DNA of 64,000 nt, from NCBI GenBank assembly GCA_030265395.1, contig JARFYF010000104.1:69451121-69515120 (forward strand), written 5' to 3'. This DNA comes from Rhina ancylostomus (lineage: Eukaryota). Shown piece by piece: positions 14,675-27,222 of this stretch. Made by a program: the position numbers and the translations under genes. The notes under the pieces are model-generated. The model saw only the letters and a list, made by a program, of their open reading frames with translations, searched no databases and was not told the origin of the DNA. Positions within the stretch are counted from its first letter, which is position 1, and every line of letters begins with the position of its first letter.

Positions 14675-14855
14675 CTCTGGATCAAGGATGACCTGCTTCC
14701 ACTCCAGTTCTGGGGAGTGGGAAGATGCCTGCGTGTGAATTCTTTTCTCATGGGCTGAGCATTGCACAGCAGCTATCATATGAACCTGACAGGGTGAGAC
14801 CTTGGCCAAATGGCAAGGAGGCCTGAGATGATTGTAGACCAGTGGCTGCTGCAGA
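14675..14855 (-). mobile_element. Short retroposon sharing the RTE-like 3' tail
   Basis: Same tctggatcaaggatgacctgcttccactcc terminus as the RTE-like fragments, but a different body. Confidence 0.5.
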
Positions 14856-15379
14856 TGAAGCACAAACACACACAAACAAACACATATGATCTTGACCACA
14901 CCCTTTTCCCCTGCCCCTCCCCACACTGATCCCTATCCTGTCCCCCTACATCTGTCCTCCCTCCTTTAANNNNNNNNNNNNNNNNNNNNNNNNNNNNNNN
15001 NNNNNNNNNNNNNNNNNNNNNNNNNNNNNNNNNNNNNNNNNNNNNNNNNNNNNNNNNNNNNNNNNNNNNNNNNNNNNNNNNNNNNNNNNNNNNNNNNNNN
15101 NNNNNNNNNNNNNNNNNNNNNNNNNNNNNNNNNNNNNNNNNNNNNNNNNNNNNNNNNNNNNNNNNNNNNNNNNNNNNNNNNNNNNNNNNNNNNNNNNNNN
15201 NNNNNNNNNNNNNNNNNNCCCCCCCCACCCCCCGACTCTCTAGTTGCTGGCCACTTGCTCACTCTCAAAGGGAGGCCACTGCTCGTGTCTCTATGGTAAT
15301 CCACCATCTCCTATCTGAAGACTGGCCTTCGGCTCTAAAAATCCATGAAAATATGTTACCAAGAATATCAAAAGGAAAA

Positions 15380-15780
15380 GGAGACTTGTATTTATATATT
15401 ATATTTACATTTATGTATTACATTACACTACAACAAATTAAGTTCTTTGAAATGTAGTTGTAATGTCCTGTTGTAATGCATATGTAAAGGAAGTACCCAC
15501 AAATAGAAGTGAAATACCTCCCAGATAGTCTTCATAAGCCATGTAGGGTGAGGGTTATAAATTGGCAGGTGCTCTTCCCTTAAAAAAAAGGTGCCTTAGT
15601 ATTTTTTTAAGTACACTTCAGAGGACAGATGAAACCCTTCCTTAAAGCTCTAACTGAAAGACAACACTCCCGACAGTACAGCACTCCCTTAGTACTGCAC
15701 TGGAGTCTCAGCCTCAATTTATTTCTGCTGAAGTCTCCAGAGTGGGGCTTGAACCCTCAAGATTGAGCACTGACCGAAAA
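15380..15780 (-). mobile_element. tRNA-derived Deu-type SINE, degenerate
   Basis: ctgaaagacaacactcccgacagtacagcactcccttagtactgcactggag...gtggggcttgaaccc is the antisense of a B-box head plus Deu-like core. Confidence 0.6.
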
Positions 15781-16439
15781 TCCTCAATGAATCCTTGCTT
15801 TCTCTTTGCTAGTAATTAATCTTTTAAGAGTATCTGTTAACCTTCACAGTGATAAAGGCTAGTAATTAATAATTTACAATGCATGATGGAACTAGAACAA
15901 GTTAATAACATTGTGAGAAGCAGAAAATACACACTGCTGCATTCTGCAATGAAACTGGCTCTGTGCTAATCTGCTTTCCCCTTTTAAAGCAACGAGAACT
16001 AATTGTCATAAGGATTCAGATCCTGAGATTAATCACAGTTTAATTGCTATCTGGCAGGGGAAGCTTCTGGATTGCCAAATGTTTACAAATTTACTGTTGG
16101 AAAAAAGTCAAAAAATTGAGAAAAATGTATTTCTCTATTTTTGTATTGTTTATTGTTGTGAAGGTTAATGGATACTCTTAAAATATAAATATAATGCTAA
16201 TTACTTTGTCCAAAATCCTTCCTGTCAGCTAAGCCTACTTGTCTAATACAATAAAATAAGAGTAAAACAACACTACCAGGGGCTTTCATATTTTGCTCAA
16301 TCAATTGGGACAATGACTTCAATGGAAATAAAAATCAGGAAAGATCTAAAAAGGCTGCCAACTTGAAATCACCCAATTTATAAAGTCTGCAAAAAGTTTT
16401 TGAGTGTGACGAAGGTAGTGTTTCGCCTCAGAATGGCAT

Positions 16440-17270
16440 TGAGTTGGTAAAATGCTTAGAGGGGAAGATGGAACTTAAGCCTGAAAAATGTGACGTGCTA
16501 CATTTTGGGAGGACTTACAAGGCTAGGATATACACAATGAATGGTAGGGCCCTAGGAAATATTGNNNNNNNNNNGAGGAACAGAGGAACCTTTGTGAACA
16601 TGTTCAAGGGTCCCTGAAAACAGCAGCCTAAATAGATAAAGTGGTTAAGAAGGCATATGGGTTACTTGCCATCATTAACCTTGACATAGAATAAAAGAGC
16701 AAATTATGGTACAACTACATAAAACATTTGTCAGTTAACAGTTGGAAAACTGTGTGCAGTTCTGGGCATCACATTGTCAGAAGGATGTGGCTGAACTGGA
16801 GAGGGTGCAAAGGAGTTTCACCAGTATGTTGCCTGTGATGCAGCCTTTCAGCTTTGAGGAAAGTCTAGATAGTCTGGGTTTGTTTTTTTTGGAGCAGGGA
16901 AGGCTGAACAGGGGAAATTATGAGGGTCATAGTTGGAGATAGATAGTGAGAAGCTTATACCCTTAGTAGATGTGTACATAACCCGAGGGCATAGGTTTAA
17001 GATAAGGGGTAGGAGCTTTAGACGAGACTTGAAAAGACTTTTATTCAGCTAAAAGGTGGTTGAAATTTGTAACATGCTGCCAGAGGAGGATGGAGTTATG
17101 TACTCTCACAACATTTAAAATATATTTGGATGAGCACTGGAAATGTCATAGCATAGAATGCTATGAGTGGAGTCCTGGTCAATGGGATTGGTGTAGATAG
17201 ATCTTTGATGGTCAGCACAGAGATAGTGGGCCCAAGGGTATGTTTCTCTGCTGTATGACTCCATGACTTT
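16440..17270 (+). mobile_element. CR1-like LINE 3' fragment
   Basis: ORF 16742-16942 (ENCVQFWASHCQKDVAELERVQRSFTSMLP...LDSLGLFFLEQGRL) is a CR1 ORF2 C-terminal motif; tail tctctgctgtatgactccatgact. Confidence 0.9.
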
Positions 17271-17759
17271 AACATGGTTCATGGTCCTCAGCCCAGTCAG
17301 ATCTACAGTCTGAAGCCAGGCACTGGGCAGGACCTAGACCCCAGTGTCAGGTCAGCCACATGGCCCCATGCCTGTCATCAGGTGGGCCCTATGGACCCAA
17401 ACAGACAGCAGGGGAAGTCCATCTTACATTAGGTGTCCCCCTAGTCAATAATGACTTCCCTTGATGACATTATAAGTCATTGAGAACTATCAAGGTATTG
17501 GGGCCAGAGATTCTCTGGGATTGTTAGCAAGCCTGTGGCTAGGGCAATTGCATGGCAGGTCACCAGGGAGGACAGAGGCAGAGGCACAACGACTGTGGGA
17601 GCTACAATGGACCCATCCTGTATACTGCACTTTGTGCACCACAGCTGTATGTCAGTGTCAGAACAATTCATATAAACAGGGACCACAGATCCCAGTATTG
17701 ATTCTTTGCACACATGATATTATTAATTCTTCTGATGTCTATTTTTAAGCAAAACCATA

Positions 17760-18120
17760 CTTCCTTCTATACCATTACCACTTCATTAGTAATCCCACTG
17801 CGAATGTTAATCTTTGTGACGTCTGCTACATGGCACTTTGTCACATATTTTTTGAAACTCTAAATCCACCACATTCTCTTTGTCTATACACTCAGTCATT
17901 TCCACAAACATTTTGATTAAATTAGTCAAGCATGACTTAGTCTTTACAATTTTGTGTTGACTTTCCCTGATTAGCCCATACTTTTCTAAGTGAGCACTAA
18001 TATTATATTCTCTAGGAGTTTTCCTCTTACTTACGTAGGCTAGATGGTCTTTAATTACCTGACTAATTCCTTTCTCTCTTGTGAACACACAATGCAATCC
18101 TTTGGCACAGTTTACTGTAT
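17760..18120 (-). mobile_element. CR1-like LINE reverse transcriptase fragment
   Basis: HLEKYGLIRESQHKIVKTKSCLTNLIKMFVEMTECIDKENVVDLEFQKICDKVP matches the RT 'SQHGF..KSCLTNL..FF...D....VD...DFQKAFDKVP' pattern. Confidence 0.9.
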
Positions 18121-19689
18121 TGAGCTTAATGACTTATGAACTTTCACTTCCATTAACCTTTTAATACCATTTCCTTTCTAATATTTATTATCAAATATTA
18201 TTTATGTTGATTGCTCCTTCACCTGTACTTATGATATTCCTGTAGACCTTTGCTATCTTCCATCTGTTTTAAATCATCGGTAATGTTTTTTGACAGTTGA
18301 AAATGTGAAATATTTTTACTTCAACATTCTGTGACAACAACAGAAAGAAAACATATAAAACCATCTTGACATTTTTTGATAATCTAGTTGTGGATAAGAA
18401 GCATTCAGTAGTTACATGCATGGCAACTGAAGAGCTAGAGTCTGTGATGGATACTTTAGATGTGACCCTAGTTGTGTGAAATGGGGGACTGAAACAGTAC
18501 CAGAAATTAAAACAAAAATATGTGTTTGTGCAGTAATTTCATCATTATATTTTAGATGCTAATTTATTTCTAATTTCTGTCATTCCAACAACATAGCATT
18601 TTTCAATCATTGGCATTCATTATTACTGCACAAAACATCCACCTATGACTCAATTGAATGAAAATGAATCAATTTCTTACTATCTAAACTCTCAGTTAAC
18701 TCCTGTCACATCATTTAAACTGGTGCAATGATTCCTAATAAGTAGTTGAATAAAGATATTTCATTTTGTTTCATACGCATCCTCAATTCATAAACAGAAT
18801 GAAGTCTTTAATTCCTGGAGGATAAAAGCTTATCGGAATGTTCAATTACAACTACTGCCGCATAGATGATTTGAAAACATAATGAGATTTGTACTACAAA
18901 GTCGACTTTTAAAAACTGTTTTTCAAAAGAATCTGATTAGTAAAGAAAGAAACAATGTTGTGAACTCGTGCATGCTTTTTTACCGCAACTTTGTGCGTCA
19001 TACCACATCAGTTGCAGAATGCTATGGTTCACTGCATGAGGCTCACTGGCACCGCAGGCAACAATCTAATCTAAAGTTGCATAATAGTCTTCACAAGCAT
19101 TGAACTTGTTCTCCTTGTATTTAACCAATGCAAAAACTTCTAAATCCTTTGAACTATCTGTTCTAAAGATTTATTTTGTATGTAATAAATATTTATCAGA
19201 TACGGGGTGGATGTAGCAGTTAAAACTAAAACTTGTCTATCCTAATAGAAACTCACTGACTGTCAATTTAATTCCAGAGCTGAATCCGATTTTAAAAATG
19301 CTCCTGTTATAAACAGATGGGCTCCTCATGAATAAATTGAAAAAAAGAGTCCAATTATGTCAGTTAGATCCTAACACCACTTCAACTGGGTGGTCCATAA
19401 GTTCAGCCCAACAAATGAGTATAACTTAAAGGCATTGGCTTAACAGATTGAGTGATGTGACTGGAAGCTGCATTAAAAGGACACTTTTTTTTGCAGGCAT
19501 TTGGGTCATTAGAATCCAACAACTGTTTCAGTAGAAGAAACACCAAAAACACGGCGTGACCACAGTCAAACGGCTGAGTAGAAGGCAGGACTTCCAGCTA
19601 CACTAAGAATATTCACTCACTTATGTGGGTAAAAGCCAACAGTTTTGAGCAGAGTTGCTGACTTTTAGGTAGAAAGTTAGTACGATGGT

Positions 19690-20105
19690 CTTGGCTTGGT
19701 GGTTGCACCCTTGCATACAAAATCATTGACTCAAGCCCATTCCAGTACTTGTATATATTAATTTAGTTGACATTCCAGCATGCTTCTGCTATTGAGTGCT
19801 TCTCCTATTACGAGTACCATCTTTTGAAAGAGGTGCTAAACTAGGGTTATATCTGCCCTCTCAGTTGGTGTAACTTTAAAAGGAGGGTGGGCATTTCTCT
19901 GGAATCTTGACCAATTATCATTCCTCAACTAAATATCTCTAAAACAATTATCATAATACTGTTTATGAGATATTGCACAAATTTGCTGCTGTGCTTCCCT
20001 AATTTATAAAGTAATCACACTTGAAATGTAAATCATCAGCTGCATAAAACCTTGTAACATGCTTAAAGTCATGGAAAGAACAATATAAATGCAAGATCCT
20101 CCTTT
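19690..20105 (+). mobile_element. Deu-domain SINE, degenerate, near full length
   Basis: tRNA-like head, core taaactagggttatatctgccctctcagttgg...ttcctcaact, and tail ending atataaatgcaag. Confidence 0.7.
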
Positions 20106-21284
20106 CTCAATCTCCAGTCTTCTCTGACTTCTTCCCTTTATTGCCTCTTCAGGTCCACTCTCTCCTTATCTTGGCCTACACATCAGACGTATAGGAATAA
20201 AATAATAGAAACAGTTATTTTCCTGTTCTTTAAAGATGAGCACATTTATGATTTCAAGAGGAAATAATTAAGACTGGTTCTTTTGCACTTTGATCACAGA
20301 TTTTTACAGCCTTGTGCCATGTTTATGCTTCATGGTAAATAATGCAAAAACAAGGCAAAGTATTAATCTAGTTTAAATCACCCATCAAAACATTATATGG
20401 GAAGCTATCTGTCTGGACAGATGTCAGATTTCCTCTGTTGGTGACTGATGGTGTTTGGATAGAATAAACGAACCCATAACTCATGGGAGGCATTTTTACC
20501 TCTAGTTAATTAGCTGAATGTGCTTGGCTAAATGAAGGTTAACTGAAATAACCTGGCTCATAGCACATATGTAATCATAAAAATAAATATAATAAGTTTG
20601 CATAAGCAAATAATTCTCACACACTGCAGGTTATCAGTTGAAATAACAAATTAATCATTACAAATTACTATTATTGATATTAGCAAAATTAGTATGTTTA
20701 AATAAAATTCGCATACCCCCTGTTTTAATAAAAAAAACAAATCATTTATTGTGAATGTGTCAATGCAGTTGCTAAACCACAACTACTGGGGATCAAACCA
20801 ATGATAAAAATTTCTTCATTAATATCTGGATTCTTAGGTTTATGTTTCATACAAATTGGACAGTCACGAGTTCATATTCAACTCTGTAAATTACAAATAT
20901 TACAGTCTTATGTTGAGCACTTGTGAGAAATACCTCCCATAATGTTCAAATAAAGCAACAGCATTTATTTTCTTCATTAGATGGTGCTTAAATGTTGGCA
21001 GAATGCTACTTGTTTTAGATTGTTCTTTCTTTCTGTTGTGTTTCATCTTTCCAAGCAATTTTATTCACAGTTACGTAACTGTGTTGAGCGATGGCTAGCA
21101 GCATTTCACTGAACACCTGGCCTCAGAATTCCTGTTACAATCCATTGTCAACTCCCTTGATATGTTAGTCATCTGTGTTCAGGGACTGCAATAACTTCCT
21201 GCTATTGGTTGGTTTAAGTAATTTCCTTCTAAACCTAGAAGATTAGGTACTTTAGTTGAGGTAGATCATCTGTTTTTTTAATAT

Positions 21285-22430
21285 AAGAAGCAGGAGGAGT
21301 TGGCCAGTTGTCCTCTGGAATCTGCTCCACCATTCAATAAGATCATGCCTCATCCAATCATTGTCCCAACACCAATTTCCCACTCTCTTCCTTTATCTCC
21401 TGACTCCCTGGTGGTTGAAATATCTGTCAATTACTACCTTAAATGTATTCAAAAACTCCTTCTCCACTATTCTTTGCCATTGAAAATTCCACAGTCACAA
21501 ATCCCCACAAGAAGAAATTCCTCCTTATCTCCATTTTAAAGGAGCAACCTTTATTCTGAAATTTGCACTCCAGTTCTGGATACCTCCATTGGGGAAACAT
21601 CTCAGTGTCCACCATGTCAATCCCCCACAGAATATTATGTTTCAATAAGACTACCTCTCAATCTTCTAAACTCCAGGTTCAACCTTCCTTCATACGTTGA
21701 CCCCTTCATCCTTGGAATCAATTAGTGAACCTTCTCTGTAATGCCTAAAAAGCAATCTAAATATCATTCTTTAAATAAGGTGATTAAAACTATACTTCGT
21801 AGTCTAGGTCTCAGTACAAAGATGTCCAAATCCCTTTTTACTGTAAGATTTGAACTACAAGGGAATCTAGGGGTATGGGATGAAAGTGGAACATTGGTGT
21901 TGAAGCCAAGACTGGACCAACCATGATCTTGTTGAATGGCAGAGCAAGCTCAGCCGGGCTGCTCTTACTTCTGTTTCTAATGTTCTTGGTAATCTCACTA
22001 AATTGAAATAATAATCTGCTTTTTCATTTTTCCTTCCAAAGTGGATAACCTCATATTTTCCTACATTATACTTCATCTGCCAACACATGTAACCTATCTT
22101 TATCCCTTTTCAGGCTCTTTGTATCCACCTCACAACTTGCTAATCCATCTACCTTTGTATCATCAGCAAATTTCACACTATACTACTTAATTTTGACCAA
22201 TCCACAAATTGCCCATCTACTCTGATTCTCTGCTGTCTATTAGTTAAGCAGTCCCCAATTCATACTAATAAATTGTTCCCAACTCCATTGATGTCATCTT
22301 GTGTAGTAACCTTTTCTGTGGCACCTTATTGGATGCTATCTGGAAATTCAAACATATTAATATATACTGGCTGCCCTTTATTTACTCTGTTTGAGCATAC
22401 TCAATGAAATCTAGCAAATTTGTTAAAAAT
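21285..22430 (-). mobile_element. Composite CR1-like LINE fragments (3' end and RT region) with a short opposite-strand tail at about 21870-21985
   Basis: WQMKYNVGKYEVIHFGRKNEKADYYFN (ORF 21867-22088) and FKMEIRRNFF (ORF 21439-21645) are CR1 ORF2 motifs. Confidence 0.85.
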
Positions 22431-22619
22431 TATTTAGCTTCTAACTAATTAACTATTTACCTGCTTTCCAAGTTCCTGAAGAAGGGTATATAAACTGGCT
22501 CACTTAAAGGAGTTATTCTCCATGTAAGCCTCGAACCTGCAAACAAAATGTGATGTTAGTTCTGAGATTATAGCTTGCTGATTAGAGTTCATAGCTAATT
22601 TATAAGATTCAATATCTCT

Positions 22620-22950
22620 CATTTTTAGTTGTTTGCAAGAAATGCATGCAGCCTAGGAACAAATTATGCGAACAGAAGATTTGCCTGCCTACTACTTATC
22701 AGGTAACAAAATATAAACACTTCTCTTGCTTGAAAGGTTATCAAGTTTGATGCCACACGTCAACCTTTGCCCTCACTTTGAAGACCGTTCTTCTGTATTG
22801 TCCTGTTGAGGTCATCAAGCAACTTCTGATGAACTTCGAAGGTGAAGACTCCCTTGGTACGAAAGTGCAGTATCAACCTAGCATATACACACTATTCTGG
22901 TGTGGGACTGAGCCCATGCTTCTGATGCAGAGGTGAAACTGCTGCATGGC
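22620..22950 (-). mobile_element. Deu-domain SINE, degenerate
   Basis: Antisense head gtgtgggactgagcccatgcttctgatgcagaggtg and core actcccttggtacgaaagtgcagtatcaacctag. Confidence 0.5.
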
Positions 22951-23599
22951 TGATACCACAAGATAACCAAGGAGTCAATGTTTCCATTGGACTGGTGGTT
23001 ATGGGAACAAGGTCTTCCAGATCTGGGATTGGGGAGTCAGTGGGAGGTGGGGTGATTTACTCTTCCAAGCATGACCCCCTACAAACAGGCTGCAATTGTA
23101 CCAACTGGCTTTGTACGAGATGGGCTGGAGCTCTACTACCCACAATTTTCCATATACAGCTCCTTAGAAATAATGGAGAATGCATAAGTGCTAAGAGTGT
23201 TAACATTGCAGAGAAATTTGCAGCACTTCCTCCATAGTCCTATCAAAATTACACAGTAGCCTGAGGGAAAGGCTATAGGTTATTAGGTTCTAAATGTTAT
23301 TGGAATCCATGCAGCCCTATTCTAACTGAAATTGTAGAAATTATTGATTCCACAATATCAGGCCTCTACAGAAATTGGTTGGATCATTCAGTCCCCATTG
23401 ATCATGCATTTTGGAAAGTCACCGGCCTTCATTATTGCAGAAGTCTCCAACCTCCTCAGCCACTCCTGAGTTATCTGGCCACACTTTTTAATGACATTTA
23501 CAAAGTATCACAATTAATAGAAAGTAAATACAATTTCTCCATAATTTTATGCACATTGTCTGCCATTCAGCCACAATATTTTGAAATTAATCCTTCAAT

Positions 23600-23953
23600 C
23601 ATCATCGCTGACAACCAGTCCATCAATACCACAGCCCTCATTAAGAAAGCCCAGAAACGCCTCTTCTTCCTGCGGAGATTGTGGAAAGTGAACTCCCCTC
23701 CATCCATCACGAAAACATTTTATAGAGGAACCATTGAGAGTAGCCTGACACATTGCATTACCATCTGGTATGGGAGCTGTTCAGCCACTGGACGGAAGTC
23801 CCTGCAGAGAATAGTGAGAGCAGCAGAGAAGATTATAGGTGTTTCTCTACCCTCCATTGCGGACATATATATGGATCGATGTGTCAGAAAGGCCACAAAC
23901 ATAATGTCTGACCCTTCTCACCCCTCCCACCACCTTTTTGCACTCTTGCCATC
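23600..23953 (+). mobile_element. Rex1/Babar-like LINE ORF fragment (post-RT region), 5'-truncated, running into a gap
   Basis: Open frame NTTALIKKAQKRLFFLRRLWK...FYRGTIESSLTHCITIWYGSCSATGRKSLQRIVRAAEKIIGVSLPSI...DPSHPSHHLFALLP. Confidence 0.93.
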
Positions 23954-24214
23954 NNNNNNNNNNNNNNNNNNNNNNNNNNNNNNNNNNNNNNNNNNNNNNN
24001 NNNNNNNNNNNNNNNNNNNNNNNNNNNNNNNNNNNNNNNNNNNNNNNNNNNNNTTGTACATATCTTACAAAGAGATCTAGTTATCACTCAAATCTTAGAT
24101 AACCATACAATAAAATATAGAAAAAGCAAATTCCAACGATCTCTTAGTTAATAAAGAGAATATAAAAGAAAGGAAAAAGGTTTATTATAGTGATATACTG
24201 TCAATATGAACTCT

Positions 24215-24345
24215 TCCCTTTGAGTCCCGATGCAAAGTTTCGACCCGAAAGGTCGTCATAAACCGTTTGTATCCGCAGATGTGGCTTGGACTGTTGAGTT
24301 TTCCAGCGTTTTAATTTCCTTCCAAGCATCTGAAATCTCTTTAAT
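24215..24345 (+). repeat. Penelope-terminus-like repeat with a degenerate hammerhead motif
   Basis: gagtc-ccgatgca-aagtttcgaccc-gaaa-ggtc followed by gcagatgtggcttggactgttgagttttccagc. Confidence 0.6.
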
Positions 24346-24399
24346 CTTCATGAGATTTGAAAGTCTTCTTGTTACACTGAGCGTCTTGAATGTTATTCC

Positions 24400-26210
24400 T
24401 CCCCCCCCCCCCCGTACCAGATTTCCTGAACATCTTTGGAATTGGGAATAGAATTGCTGTGTAATGGTCTGCAGTATTTCCGCAGACGTGCGGTCCTTTT
24501 GCAGGTGCTTGAGTTGGTAACGGTCCTCCAGTGTCCGAATTTAATGACGACGGTGGCGGTTTAAGAAATGGTCTGTCAGCAGTGCAGCGTGCATTGTAAC
24601 CTGTAACATTCCACTATTTCTTGGACTTCCGAGCTGCCCAAGCTGTTGCATATCCAGTTATACAAAGCACGTGGCTGCAGCATTGAATTCAGGGCAAGGT
24701 GACCTAATCCCTCCACCAACTTCTGCATTTATTTCCTTAACACTTCCGTGGACGTTCACAGTTTCAGTCGCTCATCTGGTATCGGCCGCAGAACTATGGT
24801 GTGTAAAGGCAGCGGGCAATATACCATGAATACCGCGCCTTTGTTGCTGATATTTGGTATGTACTGAGGAACTTTATTTTCTGAATGGGTGTGTTCAGTA
24901 TTTGCAATATCACTGTGCCAGTGAACGTGAGGAGTTTAAAACCTCCATCGGGTCTATTGTAGTTCAGTCGAAACAGGCAAAACCACGTTGGGTAAGGAAT
25001 TCTTTCTAAAACTTTAAAGATGCAACTTGATAATTTCTGCTGAATTATGTGGTAACTTTTTAAGGCTGTCTGCAGCTGTAACCAGATGAGGAGGGAGGGA
25101 TAATGGTAAATTGGCACCAAGTGTCGGTACAAGTGACAATAATAAACCGACACCAAGTACGTCCGGGGTGTGGCGGCGATGTGCTGGGCCACGCAAGATT
25201 TCAGCGGAGTTACTCAATGCAACATTTTGAAAGATGTTCACTGCATTAGTAAGCAGTCTGCCCATATCCTGTCATATGTACTTGTACATATTTCAGTACA
25301 AGTTTGTGTTCGTCGCGCTTGCGGTTAAATAGTTTTGTTTTACTTCAGTGACTTTTCAAAATAGAAGGCACTCTCTGAAGGCCCGAGGTCACTTCTGCTT
25401 CGTTGTTGCGAAGTTGTCACAAATATTGAGGAAGTTCGGTTAACGTTTTCAATTCATCAGCTGCGTTTTATGGGCGATATTGCAGCAAGGTTCAAACTCC
25501 AAATGTAGAGCTGTCTCAACAAGGAATGGAGAGGGGGGGAAAGTGTATTTTTCACAGTCAGTGTATACTTTACACACACTGGTACTTGTTGACTTCTCTG
25601 GGAGCTTTATTATTGTTGTCCGAGTTCCCCTTTCTTTGAAGTCAGGCTTTTCTCGGTTAAAACCTCGGACGTCAGTTGTGTTATCCTGTTGTTGTCAGAA
25701 GCAAGCAGTTTCCATTGTAAAATCCTTTCCTTTTCTCTGAACGCTTTGCCATTTTGCACAATTCGCGTTCAGCTTTTGCCTGATGGTCATACTCGTGAGC
25801 TCCCCCGCATAAAACCTGTATGAATACACGCTCCCGTGGCAATCTGCAGGCAGGTTTGAGAGCTGAGAATTCATTTTTAAGTCACTTCCTCAATTTGTTT
25901 GCCGGAGACTAGAGGACGTCACTATGACACACATCGGCGCAGTGGGCGGAGACCGGTGTTGTTGAGAAACGCGGTGCAGCAGCTGCCAGTTGTGCAGAAC
26001 GAGCTGCTGTCAAATTCAAAGGTGTCGCAGTTGACATTCTCAGTGTTGAATGCCCCTGTCATTTCCCAAACAGAGCGCTAACACTGGACATCCAGTTGTA
26101 TATCCTAGCTGAGAAGTAAGTGCGTTCCCGTAAATTACACAGTAACTCGCCCTTCTTCCATGGGAATAACACACAATGGACCTTGTGCGCATGAGCACAC
26201 AATGGACTTT
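24400..26210. promoter_or_regulatory. CpG-enriched promoter-like region
   Basis: CpG is visibly more frequent than in the CpG-depleted flanks. ETS-like CACTTCCT 25883-25890, CRE-like GACGTCA 25915-25921, GC box GGGCGG 25944-25949, NRF1-like TGCGCATGAGCA 26186-26197. Confidence 0.6.
25955..26115 (+). other. Candidate non-coding first exon
   Basis: Lies just downstream of the GC box and ends at a consensus donor GAA|GTAAGT (GT at 26116-26117). No recognisable coding frame; the start position is a guess. Confidence 0.4.
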
Positions 26211-26217
26211 GGACCTG

Positions 26218-26346
26218 TGTTACGTACCAGCAACAACAGAAACACACCGAGTCACGTACAAGTGACTATTTTATTAATAACTACTTGCAATGATAAGAAA
26301 AGTAAAAATGTTTGACATCAAACATAATCCCCAGAACTAATCTCAA

Positions 26347-26417
<71 letters not shown>

Positions 26418-26545
26418 CAAATTCCCAAACTCCAACTCTAGGAATAGTTCTCAAAGTTCAGATCAACAAGTCAAAAGGTGAGACGTGAGCAAAGGCTACT
26501 GAAAAACCACCGTTGACTGAAGAGAAAATGTAGAGAGAACCGTCC
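26218..26545 (-). mobile_element. Truncated solo LTR, family A, containing (TG)n
   Basis: Begins TGTTACGtaccagcaacaacagaaacacaccgag, nearly identical to the start at 30299; (TG)n at about 26350-26416. Confidence 0.75.
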
Positions 26546-26802
26546 ATCCCTCCCTCCAACACCAAAAGATGCTAGGCGTACAAAAATGCACCAGCACTTT
26601 ATGTGTCCAATGGTTCATTTTGAGCTGTTTTTATTCGAGTCTCTTTTTAATCTGGTTCCGATGTCGTTAATGTCTTTCTGCCTTTGTGTCCCCATTGTCT
26701 TAAATGTGACCAGCACCTTCATCTGTGGAGCACGGTATTTCGCTCCCATGCATGCTGAAAGTGTATATGCAAGTGACAATAAATTGATTCTGATTCTGAT
26801 TC
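26545..26802 (+). mobile_element. LINE 3' UTR with (TGATTC)n tail
   Basis: Ends gtgacaataaattgattctgattctgattc, a typical LINE microsatellite tail. Confidence 0.6.
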
Positions 26803-27094
26803 AATTTAGATAAGGCATCATGCATCAGTAGTATTAGTAAATAAGTGATCTTGGTTGAAACTAACTTTCATAACTGAATTAATTGCTTCTGAAATAAGAG
26901 CCAAATTACGTTGGCTGTGACTGGCAGATGCAAGGGGATGGGCTGAGTGAGAGGCCCAGTGTTATTGTCACTCCACGGTGTCACTTCCTTCTCTGAGGGC
27001 TCCACTGGCACAGCCTGAACTTGCTGGAATTCTTTGGATTATGCTGGGGAATCCACTCCTACGATCCTGGCATTGGATATGAGTGAGGATTCCT

Positions 27095-27222
27095 GACTTG
27101 GAGCAACAAACAATCTGCTGGAGGAAGTCAGCAGTCGAGCAGCATCTGTGGGAGGAAAGGAATTATCGATGTTTCGAGTTGAAACCCTACATCAGGACTG
27201 AGAGTGGAAAGAAAAGATAGCG
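27095..27222 (-). repeat. Penelope-terminus-like repeat with a hammerhead-like motif
   Basis: Near-identical to 53503-53632. Minus strand reads cagtc-CTGATG-t-A-gggtttcaactc-GAAAC-ATC. Confidence 0.75.

Noticed and set aside
23379-24080. Longest ORF (233 aa) as a host gene
   Set aside because: The N-terminal part is chance open frame, the rest is Rex1-like LINE sequence, and the ORF reads through an N gap.
24794-25265. Overlapping minus-strand ORFs in the CpG-rich region
   Set aside because: No recognisable domain, and they include a LINE tail remnant (gtacaagtgacaataataaacc).
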